Shown here: positions 1 to 10,298 of the stretch, one piece after another
How positions within the stretch are numbered: position 1 is the first letter of the stretch
Layout of the letters: each line of letters starts with the position of its first letter
Assembly (NCBI GenBank): GCA_052327205.1
Contig: CM126228.1
Location: forward strand, 8,246,001 to 8,310,000
Length of the DNA stretch: 64,000 nt
Source: Somniosus microcephalus
Taxonomy: Eukaryota
Direction: 5' to 3'
Notes under the pieces: generated by a model
Told to the model about the DNA's origin: nothing
Seen by the model: only the letters and a program-made list of their open reading frames with translations
The model's database searches: none
Made by a program: the position numbers and the translations under genes

Positions 1-1148
1 GATTCGGAAATCATTTGTAAACAGCGCTGAATACCAGTGGAAATGCAACCTCTCTTCAGGCAAAGGTTTTGCACAAGAAAATTGAAGGTGTTAAAACCCC
101 TCACTCTTCCATTTAACAATTGATTGCTGAGTGTTTTGCTTTTAATACTCCTAAAGAACTTAAAATGTAGTTTTGCACTTATTGGGTTACCCTTTTGCCC
201 TTCATTACTGTTGATTATAGCCAATTATCGCTGTGTAATTGAATGGGAAAAACTGCTTTATTTAATCATATAACCTGAAGGTTAATGTAAATTAGGTTTT
301 GAAGGTACTCTGTAGTGGGAGAACCTATAATTAAAACTGGTTGCATGTTTTCTCATTCTTCTGGTAAAACACCAGATTTAATTTGATTTTTTTTACCACT
401 GCCTATTCTCTTTGATACTTTTAATAATTTTCTTGCAAACAATAACATGTATTATTTGCCATCAGTTGGCTTGAAACTAATGGTTGAATTTGACCCATTC
501 CCTAGAAATCTGAGAGCCTTCTGTGGCTGTGCCTCCTATTTTTCCTTTACAAAGAACAAATAAGTCAGATGCAGCAGACCAGCCTTAACTCAGTAATGAA
601 CCACTGATTTTATCACAAAGTACCTATTTGTACCTTTATCAGTCCTCTTCCAGTGATGTAGTATGACGACAGCAATATTGGAAAGTAAAAATTGGAGCCT
701 ATTAATCCCCTATTTTTTATATCTTGGCCTGTGAGTGAAATTTATATCACATTTAGAACACCATATTGATAATCATCGAAGGAATGTATGAAGAGTTTTA
801 AGTGGAAATATTAACTGAATGTTATGTAGATTCCTTATTAAAACCCTTGCCTTCACTGCCTCTGCTGTATAATGGGGAGCAGATTTGTGGTTATGATTCA
901 ATCCTTGCTTGCCAGTTCCTCATGAGGATGAGGGTACAATCGGAGAGATTCTTTCCTGTACTTGCTAGAGTCCAGCTTAAGAACAGCATTGGTGGAGGCT
1001 GTGCCTGCTTGCCCTGTCTCACGAGGAAACTAACTGTGGGTGGATTCCTCATGAGGAGGCCTGTAAAGTGCTTTTTTTTCTAAATGGGAGGAGGTATACA
1101 ACCTTTCTAACTCAGATTATTAGTAAACTGAAGTGCAAATATATAAAA

Positions 1149-1772
1149 CTAGCTGGGGGAGCCCGGCTTTGCCAGGGCTGTTTTGGGCCGGGCGGTTTAA
1201 ATCGAGTCCCAGGCTTTGGGGCCGGTCTGTCTGTCCGTGTGTGAATCTGCTGCCGGGCAACATTTCTACCTTTTAATAGCTTCAAAGATGAAAGTGAAAG
1301 TACTTATAAAACGTTTTTGGTAAATGTTATGTAATTTTTAAAAGAGATACTAACTCTTTCGAAGCTGGATTAGCAGAGTTTGAACTGGAAGTAAATGGGG
1401 TTTTTAGCTTGAGGCAATGGCTGCCAGATCCCTGAGATGAAAACGATTAGTCTCGCCCACAGACGCAGCGATTGGCCAACCATCAGGCGACTGAACTGTA
1501 GGATTGGTCAATCGTGCCGGCACAGGATTGGTCGACCTTGACGTCAGTCAATCAATGCTACTTAGCAGATAATGAGTTTAATTTTGAAGGTTTTTTGCAT
1601 AACGCGCGAACAATTTTTGTCCGGCCGAAAAGTAAATACGCTTAGGACGGTTCTGGAATCGTCAGCTTTCTTTCGACGTAACGCACGTGTAGGTACGCTC
1701 TATAACTTTCGAGTTAATTCAAGACAGACAGACAGACGGAATGACAGACAGAAGTATCCTTTTATATATATA
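1149..1772 (-). mobile_element. Non-autonomous Helitron, copy A
   Basis: On the minus strand it ends with a hairpin (plus-strand GCCCGGC-TTT-GCCAGGGC, 1161-1178), about 8 nt, then CTAG|T. The other end has a (GACA)n tract and a TATATATA run. About 200 bp (1572-1770) is homologous to 2977-3195. Confidence 0.75.
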
Positions 1773-1827
1773 CTAGCTGGAGTGCCCGGCGGTGCCGAGG
1801 CTTTTTCGAGGGCATGTTGTTGTTGGA

Positions 1828-2122
1828 AGAGAGAGAGCGAGCGACTGGGGGGAAGAGAGCGAGCGACTGGGGGGAAGAGAGCGAGCGACTGGGGGGAAGA
1901 GAGCGAGCGACTGGGGGGAAGAGAGCGAGCGACTGGGGGAAGAGAGCGAGCAACTGGGGGGAAGAGAGCGAGCGACTGGGGGGGAAGAGAGCGAGCGACT
2001 GGGGGGAAGAGAGCGAGCGACTGGGGGGAAGAGAGAGCGACTGGGGGGAAGAGAGAGAGCGACTGGGGGGAAGAGAGAGAGCGACTGGGGGGAAGAGAGA
2101 GAGCGACTGGGGGGAAGAGAGA
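1828..2122. repeat. Minisatellite, about 13 x 22 nt (GAGAGCGAGCGACTGGGGGGAA)
   Basis: Tandem units counted by eye. The unit shifts from GAGAGCGAGCGA to GAGAGAGAGCGA toward the right. Confidence 0.95.
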
Positions 2123-2384
2123 GGGCGGGGAGGGGGGGAGGGGAGGGCAGGTGTGGGAGGGCGAGGAGGGGGAGAGGAGGGGGGTGAGGGGGGGGGAGAG
2201 AGACAGAGGGAAGGAGAGAGAGAGGGCGAGTGGCCCGCGGCCGCAAATGGAGCCAAGCCCCGAGAACAGGCGTGAGCCGGCTTGAGGCTGAGAGACGGCC
2301 ACGCCCGGTTGCCGGGGTAACCCTTCCCCCCGTTCCAAGCCCCCGTCCTCCCGAGCACCGGCCGCGCCGCCCCGCCCCGCACTC

Positions 2385-2525
2385 CACTCCCGAGAGCCCC
2401 GCTCTCCGAGCCCCGCCTGCCCTGCAGTCCCGAGAGCCCCGCTCTCCGAGCCCCACCCCACCCCGCCCCGCCCCGCACTCCCGAGAGCCCCGCACTCCCG
2501 AGAGCCCCGCTCTCCGAGCCCCGGC
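2385..2525. repeat. GC-rich imperfect tandem repeat (CTCCCGAGAGCCCCGCTCTCCGAGCCCC)
   Basis: Three to four imperfect copies inside Helitron B. Confidence 0.8.
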
Positions 2526-3284
2526 CGAGCCGGCTTGAAGTCCGCCGATTGCGTCTGTGAGAGACGCCGCGTCTCAGCTGCTCCTGCTGCGCGCGCACCC
2601 TGACCCTCGTGGCTGACGCCGTTGCCCCGGGTAACGTGACACGGGGGGGGGGCGGGGTGAGGAGCTTAGCAGAAGCCGTGGGAGAATTACCTAGGTCGGG
2701 CCTGGCTGGGCAAGAAACACCCAGGCTTTCAGGCCTAACAAAAACGGGGAAAGGTAGGAAAAAGAATCTTCAGGTTAGAGAAAATATTTACAAATGAATG
2801 AAGTTTTTTTTTAAACAATTTAATAAATTCAATTTTATTTTGCTGGAAATGTATATTTGAAAAGAAAGACGCAGAAAGCAGGAAAAAGAATGGAAGCAAG
2901 ATGGCGGCTACTCACCTCGGTTCAGAACGATAAGACCTCAAGGTCACTCTGTCGCTAATGAGCGGATAATGAGATGCTAATGAGCGGAATGTTGAAGGTT
3001 TTTCGGATACCGCGGGTGCGATTTTTGCCCGGCCGAAACGTAAATACGCTTAAGACCGTTTTGGAAAGGTAAGCTTTCTTTCGACGTAACGCACGCGTAG
3101 GTACGCTCTATAACTTTCGAGCGCACACCAGACAGACGCACACGTGATGACAGACAGACAGAAGGACAGACAGATCGACCGATTTATATATATCGATAGA
3201 TAGATAGATGAAATCCAATTAGTTAGGTTTTTGATTATGGTTCAGAAATGCAATCCTTAAAGAGTTATTATATTCCTTTTACAG

Positions 3285-3356
3285 CCTGAAAGGATAGCGG
3301 GTGAACAGTACGGAATACATTCAGATGTGTGGAGTTTTGGGATCTCATTTATGGAG
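3285..3356 (+). CDS. MAP2K5: MAP2K5 (MEK5) internal coding exon, kinase subdomains VIII-IX: PERIAGEQYGIHSDVWSFGISFME
   Basis: ttccttttacAG acceptor, GTtggt donor, 72 nt, phase 0/0. Translation is nearly identical to mammalian MEK5 PERISGEQYGIHSDVWSLGISFME. Confidence 0.96.
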
Positions 3357-6300
3357 GTTGGTGAACATATCTAGTTACCTGTTACATCTTAAGAACGAGA
3401 AGAAATTTGTTTTCCCCCTTCTGACATTTATTTACTCCTTTCTCTATTTTCTCCTTAAAATGTGCAATTGGGTTCTGCTGTGATGAACAAATCACCTGAC
3501 AGGCCTGTGGCTGAAGAATGCCTTCTGAGGTAAATCGCAAGAAGGCTGCGGGTGTCTGTGGAACCATGCCCTAGCATGAGTCAGAGCCTTCTGGAGAGGA
3601 TGAGAAAATTACTGATTCAGTCACCCAGCCTACTAGGAGGTGCATGAGCTCAGCGCAAGCTGATTCTCTGGTTTAAACCCCACCTCCAGAACCTAGAGTG
3701 TGCACTCCAGCAAATTTCTAGCTCCATCTGTGGACGGGGCCAGAAATCCTAAGCCTCTTAGCCTCTAATTCCAATATTAGGCATGGGAATCTGACCAAAC
3801 ACATGATATCAGAATTCTTGGCGTACCTCCTATGCAACAACGGTGACTACGTTTCAAAGTTATTTGTTGTATGTGCAGCACTTTGGGATGTCCTGAGAGA
3901 TGTGATAAGGCACTATATAAATGCAACTTCTTTTGTTTCTTGTTTTAATACACAATATTACAACTCATGATAATTGCAGTAAAATTAACCTGGATTATGC
4001 AGCTCACAACTGCCTCTAATAATCTTCTGATGTCAATGATAATTATTTTTAACAGGAAGGCCAGAGGCAATCTGGAGATGAAAGTGTTAATGTATATCCC
4101 ATCACATGAGATACAAGACTGTCCAACCTCAATTCACATAGGACCCTTAGAACCCAGAGAGGGGACATTTTTAGTTGCTGCTGGATTGAAATTCATGCCC
4201 AAAAGGTGTAAGATCTATGTCGTAGAAAAACACTTGCTAGCATGATGCATGGAAAGCTACAGCCAGCGTATAATGTAAATCTTATGAGAAAATAAGCAAA
4301 TAGCATGAAATTTACCCATGGATTTTGCATTACTTGTAATGTCTGCCAGTAGTTCAAAACCCTCATTTGGAACAGCTAGACATATGCGGCAGTATCTGGT
4401 GTATCTCGAGTTCAGTTGTTTGTAATGTTTCAATTTATTGAAGGGCATTGAACCCTTCAGTTAAAAGAATACTACACTTCAGTTCACTGATTTGTCCACA
4501 TACTTACACTGTGTATTGCACATGGTAATTCTGTGATACTATTCCATTCAACTGACACAAAATGGTGGTTATTAGTAATTTAGATGCCCTAATAGGACTC
4601 GATAAAGAGCTGAACAGCCACATTTCAGCTTTGTTTATTCTGTAGCATTGCACCACTTCAATTTGTTTTGTACATTGCTGTCCATTGGTGACTGAGTTCA
4701 TATTCTTCTGAAATTAAATTAGGCAATTACAATCCGTCAGACTAATAGATTGATTACAGTTCCTAGGCGCGAAATAGCCAGAAGTTCACCTTCCAAGTCT
4801 GTTTTCAGCACGTTTCTTGTCTTCATAAATCACGTTAAAGGAAGCATTTATTTAAAATACTAATTAATGTTAAGTGCCTATTTATGATCCTAAGGCAAGC
4901 CCCTATTAACGATTTATAATTTCCACATATGTGCTCAAACTAGAAGCAATGCAGTGATTTGATATTCAGGCTCAATATGCTTTCTGGTGTAAATTGTGAT
5001 TTACTTTTTTCGTATATTGTAGCTCCTGCAATGGGCTGTGTGAAGAGCTCTATTGCTTTTATTACATTGAAATGGCTCAGCTGGATGGCTGAGCCATTCA
5101 GATACTATAATGTGCAGTAATTAAAACAAGTTCAAGTAGACATTTTTTTTATTAAAATCTTTGACAATGACTATGGAAATGAGGTAAAATGTCACATTCT
5201 CTATTTTACACCAGTTTAAATTCTAAGGTATTTGTCAGTACATACCATATAATTTTACTTTCCAAGGGCAAAACCCCATTATATTCTCCTGCGAGTCTTG
5301 AGGTGGCGTTATTCTACAATGATAGCGCAATGGTCTTCAATCAGCACTACTTTTAACTTTCATTACCATTTATTTTTATTTTATTGAGCCCATAGTATAT
5401 ACCTCCTAAGCCAGCACTGGTTAGTAGTGAGTAAAAAGTCCTGGTTTTGATTTCATACATAAACTGTCATCCATGCCTCTTGAATTGATCGCTTAATTAC
5501 TCCTAACCAGAATTCTATCTACAGTATCTAGGAATTTCCATAGAAATCTGCAGTAAGGACTTTACACAGGAGCAAACTACTCTTCAGTGAGCCTGCGTTC
5601 TTCGGAAAGAGCACAAAACCCTGGAAATCTAAAACTCAAAAATAAATTGGGAAGTAAAATCATGGACGGATATATATGAAAAATCAGGAAATACGTTAAA
5701 TGAGCGTAGCCTTATGCAAAAAGTCAGATGATATTAGTAAATTGGGTGCTGTGGTCAAAGATCCGAACCAGGTTTTGATCAATAGGTCATTAGAACCTAG
5801 GTTGCAGTGTTTGAAAGTAAATAAAATGTTGTGATGTATGGCTGAGAATGGTAAGGAAATTGATGAATGGTTTGGAAGGATGGACTAATGGTCTTCTCTT
5901 GCTCAAAACTATGTACAATGTAAATTGCTGGGGTTCTGCTTTCGTGGTGTAGTGTGTCCTCTGAACTCTCCCTCAGATTGGCACTTATTAGGCCCTAACA
6001 ATGGTAGCTATTACAATTGGTGAAAATTGAGGTAGGGGAACAAGTTAAACATCTTTAAAAGTGAACATTTACCATCACAGTGAATATGTACAACCCATTA
6101 TATATTATATCAGACTTTTTCTAATATAAATTGACCTATTAACCTTTTGTTTTTTTAAAGCTTTACAATAAGGCTTTCAGAATTAATTGATAAATTGGAA
6201 TAAAGTAGATCACAGTTACTGACTATTCTATGTACTTGCTGCATTCTGCTGATCTTCAATTGAACAAGATACAAGGAGAGAGCATTTGGTCCGTTCAGAT

Positions 6301-6789
6301 CCGCCAATAATCTAGCTCCTCTTTCACAACGGTTGAATTATAATTGAAAATTGTTTTATATGTTTGAATAAATATGCTTTAAAATTATTTTCTTGCTTTA
6401 TTTTTGGTTATTTTTTTCCTTATCGCATTCCCTAGCTGAGTAGGCAGGCAAGCACCCTTGTTTCTAGGCCTGTGTCTATGTTACTGTTAACTAGCTGCTA
6501 GGTGTGGGGTGAGTGCAACCTTGACCAGCTAGACCGGCAGTTTTCCCTCCAAACTTATTCCTGACAGTTCACCTGTGATTAGGAACTCGCCATGATAAGA
6601 ACCATAATAACTTGTTGTAATTAATGGAAAAACAGGTGTGCCAGAAACATGAATACAGTAATGATCTAACCTCAAGAGTAACTGAGGTCAGTGGCAGGAC
6701 AGTGTAATTTAAAAAAATGCTGGAAATGTGCAGCAGATCCATCAGAATCTGTAAAGAGAAAAAAACAGCTTCATGTTTTTGCATGCCTT

Positions 6790-7170
6790 TCCCCAGAACA
6801 GAGGCTGTGTGTGGGGGCACTGCCATGCAATGCCATAGAGGTGAGACAGGTCCATTCCCCATTAGGCCATCTCAGCTATGCTACTTGCAAGGAGCTCCTG
6901 ATTGGAAGCTAGATGCCAACCCTGCGAGGAGAGAGAGATAATTAGACTGAGCTTCCACCATGTTGCTCTTGTGCCATCTCCTGGCAGCTGGCCAGAAGCG
7001 ACATCAAAGGTCCCATCCTAGTAGATCACCTGATCTTCTGACACATGAGGACTGGGGCCTGAAGGGCAACAATGAGAGAAGAAAATCAGTGGAAGAAAGA
7101 AGATACTCATAGGAAAATGCCTCGGGCAGACTGTAAACATAACCCACTCAGATGCAGGATTTCTTTGGTT
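6790..7170 (+). mobile_element. Possible decayed RTE-type LINE C-terminal fragment
   Basis: Peptide hints only (KELLIG; WKKEDTHRK; C..RCRISL) resembling RTE ORF ends. Confidence 0.3.
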
Positions 7171-7571
7171 AAATGTCACTTTTGTCACCAGATTTATTTG
7201 GCATATTGGTACCAATATGATGCAGGAAAATTTAATTTTAAGCAATGCACTTTAATGTTGCCCCAGTACCCTTCTTGTGTGATTCCCTTAATTCATCACT
7301 TCAAATTGCTTCTATTGCCAATGACCAACATCTAACCACCAATGCTTCATCCTTCCTTGGTGTATCAAACCTGTGTCTCACCACCCAGTCCATTGTTTCG
7401 CCACACAGGCCCCATTTTATGTAGAGTTAAGAGCATTATTACATCTATACATTCAGTACATAGCATTTCCATTCTTGATATAATGATTATCTGCAAGTTC
7501 AAGACAAAATCTATTATCTATACGGTACAAAAAATTCTCATACCCACCATTACGCTTTCATGACAATCTTG

Positions 7572-7924
7572 AGCCTAGAAATGACTGACTGCGATATTTG
7601 TATACAGAACACTTACGTGACATTCCTATGTCCACTATTTTAATGGTGACATTAACCCGTTCATTTCAAATAGTTTGGCTCTCCATTAAAATAGCGGACA
7701 GAGGAATGTGATACAAATGCATTAATGGGGCAATTTTCTACTTAACAGGGAGCCTCACCTGCCTGTCGCAATCACTGGCACACCACTCTTGATTTTCTGT
7801 CCACCAGTGATTTCCCGATATATACAGCCGGCAGGCAAGAGCCCCCCCAATCAGTAGCACAAACTTGGAAAATTGGCCCTTAAGTGTACGTCCCCTACCA
7901 TTTGCAAACAGTAATTTCAAGGCT
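7572..7924. mobile_element. Old MITE-like element with internal inverted repeat
   Basis: AGCCTAGAAATGAC / GTAATTTCAAGGCT ends. Internal 26-bp inverted repeat at 7621-7646 / 7683-7708 (24/26 match). Confidence 0.5.
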
Positions 7925-8744
7925 TTTGTGACAACCGTGGATGTTATTTATTTAATAGTTTCTCTTGGCTATTGTTTTTTCCTGTTTTATTCCCCCGCCT
8001 ATCCCCAGTGTGTGTAATGCTGAGATTGGTATATTTTTTTTCTAAAGAAATTCAAATGAAGCATTTGATTTAACTGAAAGTATCAGATATGCCAGTAAAC
8101 CTCTCCTGTGCCTATTTTATCTTTACAGTCCTTGTTCACTCTCTACCCCTTAATTTTTGTCACAAGTCATCGTCTCCGGAGTAAAGTGCACAGAACAATT
8201 TGGCTTTGTTGTATTTTGTTAATTGGCATGTCAGATGTTCCTCAGAGGGCCCCTTCAACATGATGTTTTTTTATTGAAGCGGTTTGAATGATACAGTGAG
8301 TTGAGTAGGCAAGGACAAAGGTTTCAGCGAGGGAAAAAAATGTGTCTTGAGATAGGTGAGTAACAGGCAAAAAAAGACTGACAAGGTCACTGCCGTCAAA
8401 GTAGCACCAGCAATTGAGGTAGAGAGATAATAGACACACCGTGTTAGTGTTAATTCCATTATATCAGCTACTGCCAGTCGAAGTGCGACAGTTGAATGCA
8501 GAGTGCACCAAGTGATTCATTTTGGAAAATGTTTGTAAGAACAAGTCGAATGGCGAATTCAGGTTGTTTATATCCTATGTAATTAATAATGTGAATTTGT
8601 GGAATATCTATATATTGTGTGTGCGCATTTATATATGTCATGTTTTTGAGCAGATTTTCACTATTGGTTGTCTTGATATACACAGAAGATGTTCAAGAAA
8701 ATACATTTATTTTTTAAAAATCCTTTATTTCAGTTTCTCACCTT

Positions 8745-9080
8745 TGCACTCGAGCTGCCTAGAAGGCACTGATTCTTGCTGGTACACAATCCTATGGGGG
8801 CCCAACTGCCCTTCAGGACCTCGCCAAATGACCATTCTTAATACTCAGCATGTAGGCTGAGAAATGAACAGGCTATTCAACTGCAGGCAGCACCACAGCT
8901 CGGCCTGATCTTATCCTCACCTAGTATTCACATAGGCTCACTTTCCAGCAAGAGTCACTGAATAGCATTTGGGAGTAAGAATTAATTGTTCCTTTCTCCA
9001 GCCAAGAGGTGCTAAAATGAACCAACTCAGTACAGACTGTGAATTGAATCTTCTGGTCTGTGTGGCTTACTGCTACACCG
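8745..9080 (-). mobile_element. Same old SINE-like family, reverse orientation
   Basis: TGACCATTCTT, ACTTTCCAGCA and CTGGTCTGTGTGGCT are reverse complements of family blocks. Confidence 0.5.
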
Positions 9081-10298
9081 GATAACACCTTTCTGAGTAC
9101 CCTATTGGGAGACCCTATATTTTCTCTGTTCAGAGGGTAGTCTTGCTGTTTGTACCCCATTTAAAAAATGAAACTCTGAACAAAGAGATATGTTTTCTGC
9201 CCGTTTGTGTTTTTTCCTCATTTTTGTTTAATGACACTTGGATTTAAACAAAAATTTAAAAAAATCAACAGAGTAGACAAAAAACATTGAGGGAGGATCA
9301 GTGTTATTTGCACAACAGAATCTCAATTGCTCAGTTGTGACATGCTGGAAAAACTGAATGACATTTTCTGCATTTGCTTCATATTATAGCGGGCTGTGAC
9401 GTCAGTAGTGTTTTCATGAAGCAAATGATGTCTGTATATTCCATACTTTCAAACGAGGCTTGAAAGCCATTCAAACCACTTTACAGGGGCAAAATAGCTC
9501 AGTGATTTTTAAAAGGAGTCTTGCTGATGAGACTTGCTGTATAAACTGGAAAAACTCCTTTATGTATGATTTGAAGCATTCCCTCTTGCTATTAGTGTGT
9601 GTAGTTACAATACTGTGTCTAACCCTCCCACCCTTTGCAAAAAAATACCTCAAGGTTACTGTTAGTCAGTGAGTCTAATGAGGACATTAATCCTATGTTT
9701 TTTTTATTATTTAATTTTTTTGTGAACAGGTTTTGAAACCTTTTCTGTCTCTTGCTGCCAAAAGTCATAAATTATTCTTATCCATTTGATTTATGGATGT
9801 TTAAAGCAACTCTGTTAACTCAAAGCAAATAAATTGTCATTTTTTTTTTAAAACAAGCGTTGTTGACAGATAACGAAATATAACAAGAAAAAATCCTCCG
9901 TACTTTGAATTGGACAAAAAGCAATTCATTGTCTTTGAGGGTGGTCCCCATACATCGCTTAAGTTTTTACATTTACATTAACAAAATATATTTTTGGAAA
10001 TTTATTTTGTATCATTGCTTTTAAGCAAGAGAGATGGTACTTGATTATATAATATACAAAATATAAGCGATTTTTAACAACATAAAATAACGAAAGTATT
10101 CACATTGGGCACCGACAGTTTCTGCAAATTAACTATTCAGTGGCACCAGTTTCTATAATGTGACACTGTGGGCATGAGTCGGTAATGATTACTGGTGTCA
10201 CCAGGTGAGTTATGTTGTACAACACAGCATTTACACTGCAGAGATTGCATCAAAATGAAGTGATTCAGCTTTGTATCAACATAAACTGTGTAATTTGG

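Larger units (their letters stand above)
1773..3208 (-). mobile_element. Non-autonomous Helitron, copy B, with internal minisatellites
   Basis: Plus strand reads A|CTAG at 1773, hairpin GCCCGGC-GGT-GCCGAGGC at 1784-1801, and ...TATATATCGATAGATAGATAGA|T at 3208. On the minus strand this is a 5'-TC start and CTAG-3' end inserted at an AT site without TSD. Confidence 0.8.

Noticed and set aside
1572-2598. Multiple overlapping 130-280 aa ORFs
   Set aside because: Translations of the stop-free GC-rich minisatellite, open in most frames, no domain.
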